From NCBI GenBank assembly GCA_964057225.1, contig OZ059896.1, forward strand, positions 3,410,001 to 3,474,000: a stretch of 64,000 nt of DNA. Reading direction: 5' to 3'. Positions 1 through 12,300 of the stretch are shown piece after piece. The notes beneath the pieces were generated by a model that saw nothing but the letters and a program-made list of their open reading frames with translations, was not told the origin of the DNA and did no database searches. Position numbers and translations under genes: made by a program. Position 1 is the stretch's first letter, and each line of letters opens with the position of its first letter. The DNA comes from Auanema rhodensis. Lineage: Eukaryota > Animalia > Nematoda.

Positions 1-143
1 ATCGACGCAGCTTAAAAATCCGCATCGAATGCACTATATTACATTGAGGAAAGCTTAATACAAAAATTAGTTATGATTGTTTGAAAAATGATGCATTAGT
101 GTATGTTGAGTTTCCATGTACACTCAAAATTGCTTCCAAAAAC

Positions 144-178
144 ATTTTGACAAAAATTTTTTCGAAAAATTTCAAAAT
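144..178. other. A/T-tract dyad centred on ttcgaa, in each monomer (example copy)
   Basis: Palindromic core tttttcgaaaaa, with outer arms attttga (144-150) and tcaaaat (172-178). Confidence 0.8.
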
Positions 179-280
179 AATTTAGCAAAAAGTAGATGTT
201 TTTAGATTCCTTCTTTCAAGGCAAAAACGATGGACAATGTTATTCAACGAAAAAATTAATTCTTCAGGGTGAAAATCGAG

Positions 281-302
281 GATATAAGTGTGAACTTATA
301 TC
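281..302. other. Perfect 9-bp stem with 4-nt loop, in each monomer (example copy)
   Basis: gatataagt (281-289) - gtga - acttatatc (294-302) are exact reverse complements. Confidence 0.92.
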
Positions 303-351
303 AGTTGATATCTCGGTGCATTTTTAAGCTAGCGCAAATCTGATAACATAG

Positions 352-701
352 ATCGACGCAGCTTAAAAATCCGCATCGAATGCATTATACTACATGGAGA
401 AACGCTCATCACAAAAATTAGTTATGATCGTTTGAAAAATGATGCATTAGTGTATGTTGAGTTTCCATGTACACTCAACATTGCTTCCAAAAACATTTTG
501 ACAAAATTTTTTCGAAAAATTTCAAAATAATTTCGCAAAAAGTAGATGTTTTTAGATTCCTTTTTTTGAGGCAAAAACGATGGACAATGTTATTCAACGA
601 AAAAATTAATTCGTCAGGGTGAAAATCGAGGATATAAGTGTGAACTTATATCAGTTAATATCTCGGTGCATTTTTAAGCTAGCGCAAATCTGATAACACA
701 G
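352..701. repeat. Type B short monomer (350 bp)
   Basis: Linked alleles: gcattatactacatggagaaacgctcatcac, C128 (actcaacatt), A4 tract, tttcgc, tttttttgag, cagttaatat. Lacks the HindIII and EcoRV sites. Confidence 0.95.
454..481. other. 9-bp stem with 10-nt loop in C128 monomers (6 bp in A128 monomers)
   Basis: atgttgagt (454-462) / actcaacat (473-481) flank ttccatgtac. Confidence 0.8.
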
Positions 702-1013
702 ATCGACGCAGCTTAAAAGTCCGCATCGAATGCACTATACTACATTAAGAAAAGCTTAATACAAAAATTAGTTATGATCGTTTGAAAAATGATGCATTAG
801 TGTATGTTGAGTTTCCATGTACACTCAAAATTGCTTCCAAAAACATTTTGACAAAAATTTTTTCGAAAAATTTCAAAATAATTTAGCAAAAAGTAGATGT
901 TTTCAGATTCCTTTTTTCAAGGCAAAAACGATGGACAATGTTATTCAACGAAAAAATTAATTCTTCAGGGTGAAAATCGAGGATATAAGTGTGAACTTAT
1001 ATCAGTTGATATC

Positions 1014-1080
1014 TCGGTGCATTTTTAAGCTAGCGCAAATCTGATAACACAGATCGACGCAGCTTAAAAATCCGCATCGA
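1014..1080. other. Junction-spanning imperfect inverted repeat (~67 bp), present at each monomer boundary (example copy)
   Basis: Paired segments: tcggtgc(1014-1020)/gcatcga(1074-1080, one G-T); atttttaagct(1021-1031)/agcttaaaaat(1061-1071), perfect 11 bp; gcg/cgc; atctg(1039-1043)/cagat(1050-1054). Loop is ataaca. Confidence 0.9.
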
Positions 1081-3157
1081 ATGCACTATATTACATTGAG
1101 GAAAGCTTAATACAAAAATTAGTTATGATTGTTTGAAAAATGATGCATTAGTGTATGTTGAGTTTCCATGTACACTCAAAATTGCTTCCAAAAACATTTT
1201 GACAAAAATTTTTTCGAAAAATTTCAAAATAATTTAGCAAAAAGTAGATGTTTTTAGATTCCTTCTTTCAAGGCAAAAACGATGGACAATGTTATTCAAC
1301 GAAAAAATTAATTCTTCAGGGTGAAAATCGAGGATATAAGTGTGAACTTATATCAGTTCATATCTCGGTGCATTTTCAAGCTAGCGCAAATCTGATAGTA
1401 CAGATCGACGCAGCTTAAAAATCCGCATCGAATGCATTATACTACATGGAGAAACGCTCATCACAAAAATTAGTTATGATCGTTTGAAAAATGATGCATT
1501 AGTGTATGTTGAGTTTCCATGTACACTCAACATTGCTTCCAAAAACATTTTGACAAAATTTTTTCGAAAAATTTCAAAATAATTTCGCAAAAAGTAGATG
1601 TTTTTAGATTCCTTTTTTTGAGGCAAAAACGATGGACAATGTTATTCAACGAAAAAATTAATTTTTCAGGGTGAAAATCGAGGATATAAGTGTGAACTTA
1701 TATCAGTTAATATCTCGGTGCATTTTTAAGCTAGCGCAAATCTGATAACACAGATCGACGCAGCTTAAAAGTCCGCATCGAATGCACTATACTACATTAA
1801 GAAAAGCTTAATACAAAAATTAGTTATGATCGTTTGAAAAATGATGCATTAGTGTATGTTGAGTTTCCATGTACACTCAAAATTGCTTCCAAAAACATTT
1901 TGACAAAAATTTTTTCGAAAAATTTCAAAATAATTTAGCAAAAAGTAGATGTTTTTAGATTCCTTCTTTCAAGGCAAAAACGATGGACGATGTTATTCAA
2001 CGAAAAAATTAATTCTTCAGGGAGAAAATCGAGGATATAAGTGTGAACTTATATCAGTTGATATCTCGGTGCATTTTTAAGCTAGCGCAAATCTGATAAC
2101 ACAGATCGACGCAGCTTAAAAATCCGCATCGAATGCACTATAGTACATTGAGGAAAGCTTAATACAAAAATTAGTTATGATCGTTTGAAAAATGATGCAT
2201 TAGTGTATGTTGAGTTTCCATGTACACTCAAAATTGCTTCCAAAAACATTTTGACAAAAATTTTTTCGAAAAATTTCAAAATAATTTAGCAAAAAGTAGA
2301 TGTTTTTAGATTCCTTCTTTCAAGGCAAAAACGATGGACAATGTTATTCAACGAAAAAATTAATTCTTCAGGGTGAAAATCGAGGATATAAGTGTGAACT
2401 TATATCAGTTGATATCTCGGTGCATTTTTAAGCTAGCGCAAATCTGATAACACAGATCGACGCAGCTTAAAAGTCCGCATCGAATGCACTATACTACATT
2501 AAGCAAAGCTTAATACAAAAATTAGTTATGATCGTTTGAAAAATGATGCATTAGTGTATGTTGAGTTTCCATGTACACTCAAAATTGCTTCCAAAAACAT
2601 TTTGACAAAAATTTTTTCGAAAAATTTCAAAATAATTTAGCAAAAAGTAGATGTTTTTAGATTCCTTTTTTCAAGGCAAAAACGATGGACAATGTTATTC
2701 AACGAAAAAATTAATTCTTCAGGGTGAAAATCGAGGATATAAGTGTGAACTTATATCAGTTGATATCTCGGTGCATTTTTAAGCTAGCGCAAATCTGATA
2801 ACACAGATCGACGCAGCTTAAAAATCCGCATCGAATGCACTATATTACATTGAGGAAAGCTTAATACAAAAATTAGTTATGATTGTTTGAAAAATGATGC
2901 ATTAGTGTATGTTGAGTTTCCATGTACACTCAAAATTGCTTCCAAAAACATTTTGACAAAAATTTTTTCGAAAAATTTCAAAATAATTTAGCAAAAAGTA
3001 GATGTTTTTAGATTCCTTCTTTCAAGGCAAAAACGATGGACAATGTTATTCAACGAAAAAATTAATTCTTCAGGGTGAAAATCGAGGATATAAGTGTGAA
3101 CTTATATCAGTTGATATCTCGGTGCATTTTTAAGCTAGCGCAAATCTGATAACACAG

Positions 3158-5263
3158 ATCGACGCAGCTTAAAAATCCGCATCGAATGCATTATACTACA
3201 TGGAGAAAAGCTCATCACAAAAATTAGTTATGATCGTTTGAAAAATGATGCATTAGTGTATGTTGAGTTTCCATGTACACTCAACATTGCTTCCAAAAAC
3301 ATTTTGACAAAAATTTTTTCGAAAAATTTCAAAATAATTTAGCAAAAAGTAGATGTTTTTAGATTCCTTTTTTCAAGGCAAAAACGATGGACAATGTTAT
3401 TCAACGAAAAAATTAATTCTTCAGGGTGAAAATCGAGGATATAAGTGTGAACTTATATCAGTTGATATCTCGGTGCATTTTTAAGCTAGCGCAAATCTGA
3501 TAACACAGATCGACGCAGCTTAAAAATCCGCATCGAATGCACTATAGTACATTGAGGAAAGCTTAATACAAAAATTAGTTATGATCGTTTGAAAAATGAT
3601 GCATTAGTGTATGTTGAGTTTCCATGTACACTCAAAATTGCTTCCAAAAACATTTTGACAAAAATTTTTTCGAAAAATTTCAAAATAATTTAGCAAAAAG
3701 TAGATGTTTTTAGATTCCTTCTTTCAAGGCAAAAACGATGGACAATGTTATTCAACGAAAAAATTAATTCTTCAGGGTGAAAATCGAGGATATAAGTGTG
3801 AACTTATATCAGTTGATATCTCGGTGCATTTTTAAGCTAGCGCAAATCTGATAACACAGATCGACGCAGCTTAAAAGTCCGCATCGAATGCACTATACTA
3901 CATTAAGCAAAGCTTAATACAAAAATTAGTTATGATCGTTTGAAAAATGATGCATTAGTGTATGTTGAGTTTCCATGTACACTCAAAATTGCTTCCAAAA
4001 ACATTTTGACAAAAATTTTTTCGAAAAATTTCAAAATAATTTAGCAAAAAGTAGATGTTTTTAGATTCCTTCTTTCAAGGCAAAAACGATGGACAATGTT
4101 ATTCAACGAAAAAATTAATTCTTCAGGGTGAAAATCGAGGATATAAGTGTGAACTTATATCAGTTGATATCTCGGTGCATTTTTAAGCTAGCGCAAATCT
4201 GATAACACAGATCGACGCAGCTTAAAAATCCGCATCGAATGCATTATACTACATGGAGAAAAGCTCATCACAAAAATTAGTTATGATCGTTTGAAAAATG
4301 ATGCATTAGTGTATGTTGAGTTTCCATGTACACTCAACATTGCTTCCAAAAACATTTTGACAAAAATTTTTTCGAAAAATTTCAAAATAATTTAGCAAAA
4401 AGTAGATGTTTTTAGATTCCTTTTTTCAAGGCAAAAACGATGGACAATGTTATTCAACGAAAAAATTAATTCTTCAGGGTGAAAATCGAGGATATAAGTG
4501 TGAACTTATATCAGTTGATATCTCGGTGCATTTTTAAGCTAGCGCAAATCTGATAACACAGATCGACGCAGCTTAAAAATCCGCATCGAATGCACTATAG
4601 TACATTGAGGAAAGCTTAATACAAAAATTAGTTATGATCGTTTGAAAAATGATGCATTAGTGTATGTTGAGTTTCCATGTACACTCAAAATTGCTTCCAA
4701 AAACATTTTGACAAAAATTTTTTCGAAAAATTTCAAAATAATTTAGCAAAAAGTAGATGTTTTTAGATTCCTTCTTTCAAGGCAAAAACGATGGACAATG
4801 TTATTCAACGAAAAAATTAATTCTTCAGGGTGAAAATCGAGGATATAAGTGTGAACTTATATCAGTTGATATCTCGGTGCATTTTTAAGCTAGCGCAAAT
4901 CTGATAACACAGATCGACGCAGCTTAAAAGTCCGCATCGAATGCACTATACTACATTAAGCAAAGCTTAATACAAAAATTAGTTATGATCGTTTGAAAAA
5001 TGATGCATTAGTGTATGTTGAGTTTCCATGTACACTCAAAATTGCTTCCAAAAACATTTTGACAAAAATTTTTTCGAAAAATTTCAAAATAATTTAGCAA
5101 AAAGTAGATGTTTTTAGATTCCTTTTTTCAAGGCAAAAACGATGGACAATGTTATTCAACGAAAAAATTAATTCTTCAGGGTGAAAATCGAGGATATAAG
5201 TGTGAACTTATATCAGTTGATATCTCGGTGCATTTTTAAGCTAGCGCAAATCTGATAACACAG
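3158..5263. repeat. Local 3-monomer higher-order repeat, 1053 bp x2
   Basis: B(gagaaaagctcatc, long body) - tatagtac - aagcaaag monomers start at 3158/3509/3860 and again at 4211/4562/4913. The last two types also occur at 2105/2456. Confidence 0.85.
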
Positions 5264-6313
5264 ATCGACGCAGCTTAAAAATCCGCATCGAATGCATTAT
5301 ACTACATGGAGAAAAGCTCATCACAAAAATTAGTTATGATCGTTTGAAAAATGATGCATTAGTGTATGTTGAGTTTCCATGTACACTCAACATTGCTTCC
5401 AAAAACATTTTGACAAAATTTTTTCGAAAAATTTCAAAATAATTTCGCAAAAAGTAGATGTTTTTAGATTCCTTTTTTTGAGGCAAAAACGATGGACAAT
5501 GTTATTCAACGAAAAAATTAATTCTTCAGGGTGAAAATCGAGGATATAAGTGTGAACTTATATCAGTTGATATCTCGGTGCATTTTTAAGCTAGCGCAAA
5601 TCTGATAACACAGATCGACGCAGCTTAAAAATCCGCATCGAATGCATTATACTACATGGAGAAAAGCTCATCACAAAAATTAGTTATGATCGTTTGAAAA
5701 ATGATGCATTAGTGTATGTTGAGTTTCCATGTACACTCAACATTGCTTCCAAAAACATTTTGACAAAATTTTTTCGAAAAATTTCAAAATAATTTCGCAA
5801 AAAGTAGATGTTTTTAGATTCCTTTTTTTGAGGCAAAAACGATGGACAATGTTATTCAACGAAAAAATTAATTCTTCAGGGTGAAAATCGAGGATATAAG
5901 TGTGAACTTATATCAGTTGATATCTCGGTGCATTTTTAAGCTAGCGCAAATCTGATAACACAGATCGACGCAGCTTAAAAATCCGCATCGAATGCATTAT
6001 ACTACATGGAGAAAAGCTCATCACAAAAATTAGTTATGATCGTTTGAAAAATGATGCATTAGTGTATGTTGAGTTTCCATGTACACTCAACATTGCTTCC
6101 AAAAACATTTTGACAAAATTTTTTCGAAAAATTTCAAAATAATTTCGCAAAAAGTAGATGTTTTTAGATTCCTTTTTTTGAGGCAAAAACGATGGACAAT
6201 GTTATTCAACGAAAAAATTAATTCTTCAGGGTGAAAATCGAGGATATAAGTGTGAACTTATATCAGTTGATATCTCGGTGCATTTTTAAGCTAGCGCAAA
6301 TCTGATAACATAG
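5264..6313. repeat. Triplicated near-identical 350-bp monomer
   Basis: Monomers at 5264, 5614 and 5964 share the rare combination gagaaaagctcatc + short body + cagttgata. The only difference I see is c/t near the end of the third copy. Confidence 0.85.
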
Positions 6314-9300
6314 ATCGACGCAGCTTAAAAATCCGCATCGAATGCACTATACTACATGGAGAAACGCTCATCTCAAAAATTAGTTATGATCGTTTGAAAA
6401 ATGATGCATTAGTGTATGTTGAGTTTCCATGTACACTCAACATTGCTTCCAAAAACATTTTGACAAAAATTTTTTCGAAAAATTTCAAAATAATTTAGCA
6501 AAAAGTAGATGTTTTTAGATTCCTTTTTTCAAGGCAAAAACGATGGACAATGTTATTCAACGAAAAAATTAATTCTTCAGGGTGAAAATCGAGGATATAA
6601 GTGTGAACTTATATCAGATGATATCTAGGTGCATTTTTAAGCTAGCGCAAATCTGATAACACAGATCGACGCAGCTTAAAAATCCGCATCGAATGCACTA
6701 TACTACATTGAGGAAAGCTTAATACAAAAATTAGTTATGATCGTTTAAAAAATGATGCATTAGTGTATGTTGAGTTTCCATGTACACTCAAAATTGCTTC
6801 CAAAAACATTTTGACAAAAATTTTTTCGAAAAATTTCAAAATAATTTAGCAAAAAGTAGATGTTTTTAGATTCCTTCTTTCAAGGCAAAAACGATGGACA
6901 ATGTTATTCAACGAAAAAATTAATTCTTCAGGGTGAAAATCGAGGATATAAGTGTGAACTTATATCAGTTAATATCTCGGTGCATTTTTAAGCTAGCGCA
7001 AATCTGATAACACAGATCGACGCAGCTTAAAAATCCGCATCGAATGCACTATATTACATTGAGAAAAGCTTAATACAAAAATTAGTTATGATCGTTTGAA
7101 AAATGATGCAATAGTGTATGTTGAGTTTCCATGTACACTCAAAATTGCTTCCAAAAACATTTTGACAAAAATTTTTTCGAAAAATTTCAAAATAATTTAG
7201 CAAAAAGTAGATGTTTTTAGATTCCTTCTTTCAAGGCAAAAACGATGGACAATGTTATTCAACGAAAAAATTAATTCTTCAGGGTGAAAATCGAGGATAT
7301 AAGTGTGAACTTATATCAGTTAATATCTCGGTGCATTTTTAAGCTAGCGCAAATCTGATAACACAGATCGACGCAGCTTAAAAATCCGCATCGAATGCAC
7401 TATATTACATTGAGAAAAGCTTAATACAAAAATTAGTTATGATCGTTTGAAAAATGATGCAATAGTGTATGTTGAGTTTCCATGTACACTCAAAATTGCT
7501 TCCAAAAACATTTTGACAAAAATTTTTTCGAAAAATTTCAAAATAATTTAGCAAAAAGTAGATGTTTTTAGATTCCTTCTTTCAAGGCAAAAACGATGGA
7601 CAATGTTATTCAACGAAAAAATTAATTCTTCAGGGTGAAAATCGAGGATATAAGTGTGAACTTATATCAGTTGATATCTCGGTGCATTTTTAAGCTAGCG
7701 CAAATCTGATAACACAGATCGACGCAGCTTAAAAATCCGCATCGAATGCATTATACTACATGGAGAAACGCTCATCACAAAAATTAGTTATGATCGTTTG
7801 AAAAATGATGCATTAGTGTAAGTTGAGTTTCCATGTACACTCAAAATTGCTTCCAAAAACATTTTGACAAAAATTTTTTCGAAAAATTTCAAAATAATTT
7901 AGCAAAAAGTAGATGTTTTTAGATTCCTTCTTTCAAGGCAAAAACGATGGACAATGTTATTCAACGAAAAAATTAATTCTTCAGGGTGAAAATCGAGGAT
8001 ATAAGTGTGAACTTATATCAGTTGATATCTCGGTGCATTTTTAAGCTAGCGCAAATCTGATAACACAGATCGACGCAGCTTAAAAATCCGCATCGAATGC
8101 ACTATATTACATTGAGGAAAGCTTAATACAAAAATTAGTTATGATCGTTTGAAAAATGATGCATTAGTGTATGTTGAGTTTCCATGTACACTCAAAATTG
8201 CTTCCAAAAACATTTTGACAAAAATTTTTTCGAAAAATTTCAAAATAATTTAGCAAAAAGTAGATGTTTTTAGATTCCTTCTTTCAAGGCAAAAACGATG
8301 GACAATGTTATTCAACGAAAAAATTAATTCTTCAGGGTGAAAATCGAGGATATAAGTGTGAACTTATATCAGTTGATATCTCGGTGCATTTTTAAGCTAG
8401 CGCAAATCTGATAACACAGATCGACGCAGCTTAAAAGTCCGCATCGAATGCACTATACTACATTAAGCAAAGCTTAATACAAAAATTAGTTATGATCGTT
8501 TGAAAAATGATGCATTAGTGTATGTTGAGTTTCCATGTACACTCAAAATTGCTTCCAAAAACATTTTGACAAAAATTTTTTCGAAAAATTTCAAAATAAT
8601 TTAGCAAAAAGTAGATGTTTTCAGATTCCTTTTTTCAAGGCAAAAACGATGGACAATGTTATTCAACGAAAAAATTAATTCTTCAGGGTGAAAATCGAGG
8701 ATATAAGTGTGAACTTATATCAGTTGATATCTCGGTGCATTTTTAAGCTAGCGCAAATCTGATAACACAGATCGACGCAGCTTAAAAATCCGCATCGAAT
8801 GCACTATATTACATTGAGGAAAGCTTAATACAAAAATTAGTTATGATTGTTTGAAAAATGATGCATTGGTGTATGTTGAGTTTCCATGTACACTCAAAAT
8901 TGCTTCCAAAAACATTTTGACAAAAATTTTTTCGAAAAATTTCAAAATAATTTAGCAAAAAGTAGATGTTTTTAGATTCCTTCTTTCAAGGCAAAAACGA
9001 TGGACAATGTTATTCAACGAAAAAATTAATTCTTCAGGGTGAAAATCGAGGATATAAGTGTGAACTTATATCAGTTCATATCTCGGTGCATTTTCAAGCT
9101 AGCGCAAATCTGATAGTACAGATCGACGCAGCTTAAAAATCCGCATCGAATGCATTATACTACATGGAGAAACGCTCATCACAAAAATTAGTTATGATCG
9201 TTTGAAAAATGATGCATTAGTGTATGTTGAGTTTCCATGTACACTCAACATTGCTTCCAAAAACATTTTGACAAAATTTTTTCGAAAAATTTCAAAATAA

Positions 9301-12300
9301 TTTCGCAAAAAGTAGATGTTTTTAGATTCCTTTTTTTGAGGCAAAAACGATGGACAATGTTATTCAACGAAAAAATTAATTTTTCAGGGTGAAAATCGAG
9401 GATATAAGTGTGAACTTATATCAGTTAATATCTCGGTGCATTTTTAAGCTAGCGCAAATCTGATAACACAGATCGACGCAGCTTAAAAGTCCGCATCGAA
9501 TGCACTATACTACATTAAGAAAAGCTTAATACAAAAATTAGTTATGATCGTTTGAAAAATGATGCATTAGTGTATGTTGAGTTTCCATGTACACTCAAAA
9601 TTGCTTCCAAAAACATTTTGACAAAAATTTTTTCGAAAAATTTCAAAATAATTTAGCAAAAAGTAGATGTTTTTAGATTCCTTCTTTCAAGGCAAAAACG
9701 ATGGACAATGTTATTCAACGAAAAAATTAATTCTTCAGGGTGAAAATCGAGGATATAAGTGTGAACTTATATCAGATGATATCTCGGTGCATTTTTAAGC
9801 TAGCGCAAATCTGATAACACAGATCGACGCAGCTTAAAATTCCGCATCGAATGCACTATACTACATTAAGAAAAGCTTAATACAAAAATTAGTTATGATC
9901 GTTTGAAAAATGATGCATTAGTGTATGTTGAGTTTCCATGTACACTCAACATTGCTTCCAAAAACATTTTGACAAAATTTTTTCGAAAAATTTCAAAATA
10001 ATTTCGCAAAAAGTAGATGTTTTTAGATTCCTTTTTTTGAGGCAAAAACGATGGACAATGTTATTCAACGAAAAAATTAATTCTTCAGGGTGAAAATCGA
10101 GGATATAAGTGTGAACTTATATCAGTTAATATCTCGGTGCATTTTTAAGCTAGCGCAAATCTGATAACACAGATCGACGCAGCTTAAAAATCCGCATCGA
10201 ATGCACTATATTACATTGAGAAACGCTTAATACAAAAATTAGTTATGATCTTTTGAAAAATGATGCATTAGTGTATGTTGAGTTTCCATGTACACTCAAC
10301 ATTGCTTCCAAAAACATTTTGACAAAAATTTTTTCGAAAAATTTCAAAATAATTTAGCAAAAAGTAGATGTTTTTAGATTCCTTCTCTCAAGGCAAAAAC
10401 GATGGACAATGTTATTCAACGAAAAAATTAATTCTTCAGGGTGAAAATCGAGGATATAAGTGTGAACTTATATCAGTTAATATCTCGGTGCATTTTTAAG
10501 CTAGCGCAAATCTGATAACACAGATCGACGCAGCTTAAAAAACCGCATCGAATGCACTATATTACATTGAGGAAAGCTTAATACAAAAATTAGTTATGAT
10601 CGTTTGAAAAATGATGCATTAGTGTATGTTGAGTTTCCATGTACACTCAACATTGCTTCCAAAAACATTTTGACAAAATTTTTTCGAAAAATTTCAAAAT
10701 AATTTCGCAAAAAGTAGATGTTTTTAGATTCCTTTTTTTGAGGCAAAAACGATGGACAATGTTATTCAACGAAAAAATTAATTCTTCAGGGTGAAAATCG
10801 AGGATATAAGTGTGAACTTATATCAGTTAATATCTCGGTGCATTTTTAAGCTAGCGCAAATCTGATAACACAGATCGACGCAGCTTAAAAATCCGCATCG
10901 AATGCACTATATTACATTGAGAAACGCTTAATACAAAAATTAGTTATGATCGTTTGAAAAATGATGCATTAGTGTATGTTGAGTTTCCATGTACACTCAA
11001 CATTGCTTCCAAAAACATTTTGACAAAATTTTTTCGAAAAATTTCAAAATAATTTCGCAAAAAGTAGATGTTTTTAGATTCCATTTTTTGAGGCAAAAAC
11101 GATGGACAATGTTATTCAACGAAAAAATTAATTCTTCAGGGTGAAAATCGAGGATATAAGTGTGAACTTATATCAGTTGATATCTCGGTGCATTTTTAAG
11201 CTAGCGCAAATCTGATAACACAGATCGACGCAGCTTAAAAAACCGCATCGAATGCATTATACTACATTGAGAAACGCTTAATACAAAAATTAGTTATGAT
11301 CGTTTGAAAAATGATGCATTAGTGTATGTTGAGTTTCCATGTACACTCAACATTGCTTCCAAAAACATTTTGACAAAAATTTTTTCGAAAAATTTCAAAA
11401 TAATTTAGCAAAAAGTAGATGTTTTTAGATTCCTTTTTTCAAGGCAAAAACGATGGACAATGTTATTCAACGAAAAAATTAATTCTTCAGAATGAAAATC
11501 GAGGATATAAGTGTGAACTTATATCAGTTGATATCTCGGTGCATTTTTAAGCTAGCGCAAATCTGATAACACAGATCGACGCAGCTTAAAAATCCGCATC
11601 GAATGCATTATACTACATGGAGAAACGCTCATCACAAAAATTAGTTATGATCGTTTGAAAAATGATGCATTAGTGTATGTTGAGTTTCCATGTACACTCA
11701 ACATTGCTTCCAAAAACATTTTGACAAAATTTTTTCGAAAAATTTCAAAATAATTTCGCAAAAAGTAGATGTTCTTAGATTCCTTTTTTTGAGGCAAAAA
11801 CGATGGACAATGTTATTCAACGAAAAAATTAATTCTTCAGGGTGAAAATCGAGGATATAAGTGTGAACTTATATCAGTTAATATCTCGGTGCATTTTTAA
11901 GCTAGCGCAAATCTGATAACACAGATCGACGCAGCTTAAAAATCCGCATCGAATGCACTATATTACATTGAGAAAAGCTTAATACAAAAATTAGTTATGA
12001 TCGTTTGAAAAATGATGCATTAGTGTATGTTGAGTTTCCATGTACACTCAACATTGCTTCCAAAAACATTTTGACAAAAATTTTTTCGAAAAATTTCAAA
12101 ATAATTTAGCAAAAAGTAGATGTTTTTAGATTCCTTTTTTCAAGGCAAAAACGATGGACAATGTTATTCAACGAAAAAATTAATTCTTCAGGGTGAAAAT
12201 CGAGGATATAAGTGTGAACTTATATCAGATGATATCTAGGTGCATTTTTAAGCTAGCGCAAATCTGATAACACAGATCGACGCAGCTTAAAAATCCGCAT

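Larger units (their letters stand above)
1..351. repeat. Reference monomer, type A (351 bp)
   Basis: Head gcactatattacattgaggaaagcttaatac, gattgtt, A128, A5 tract at 152-156, tagc, ttctttcaag. Contains HindIII (51-56), NsiI (91-96), BsrGI (117-122), BstBI (161-166), EcoRV (307-312) and NheI (328-333) sites. Confidence 0.97.

Noticed and set aside
160-178. CENP-B box-like motif at ttcgaaaaatttcaaaa
   Set aside because: It matches only the TTCG....A half, and the essential CGGG is absent.
1-351. Tandem 5S rRNA, tRNA, snRNA or spliced-leader gene array
   Set aside because: I recognise no 5S or tRNA sequence, cloverleaf or Pol III A/B boxes, and GC is low. An Infernal/Rfam search would be the definitive test.
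1-351. Identity with Drosophila 1.688 (359-bp) satellite, primate alpha-satellite dimer, or a named beetle satellite
   Set aside because: The size class is similar but I recognise no sequence match, and no name can be assigned without a database search.
1-351. Internal ~175-bp dimer substructure
   Set aside because: The two halves do not align by eye. Only short aaaaa(n)gatg motifs recur (near 84, 187 and 223), which is expected in AT-rich DNA.
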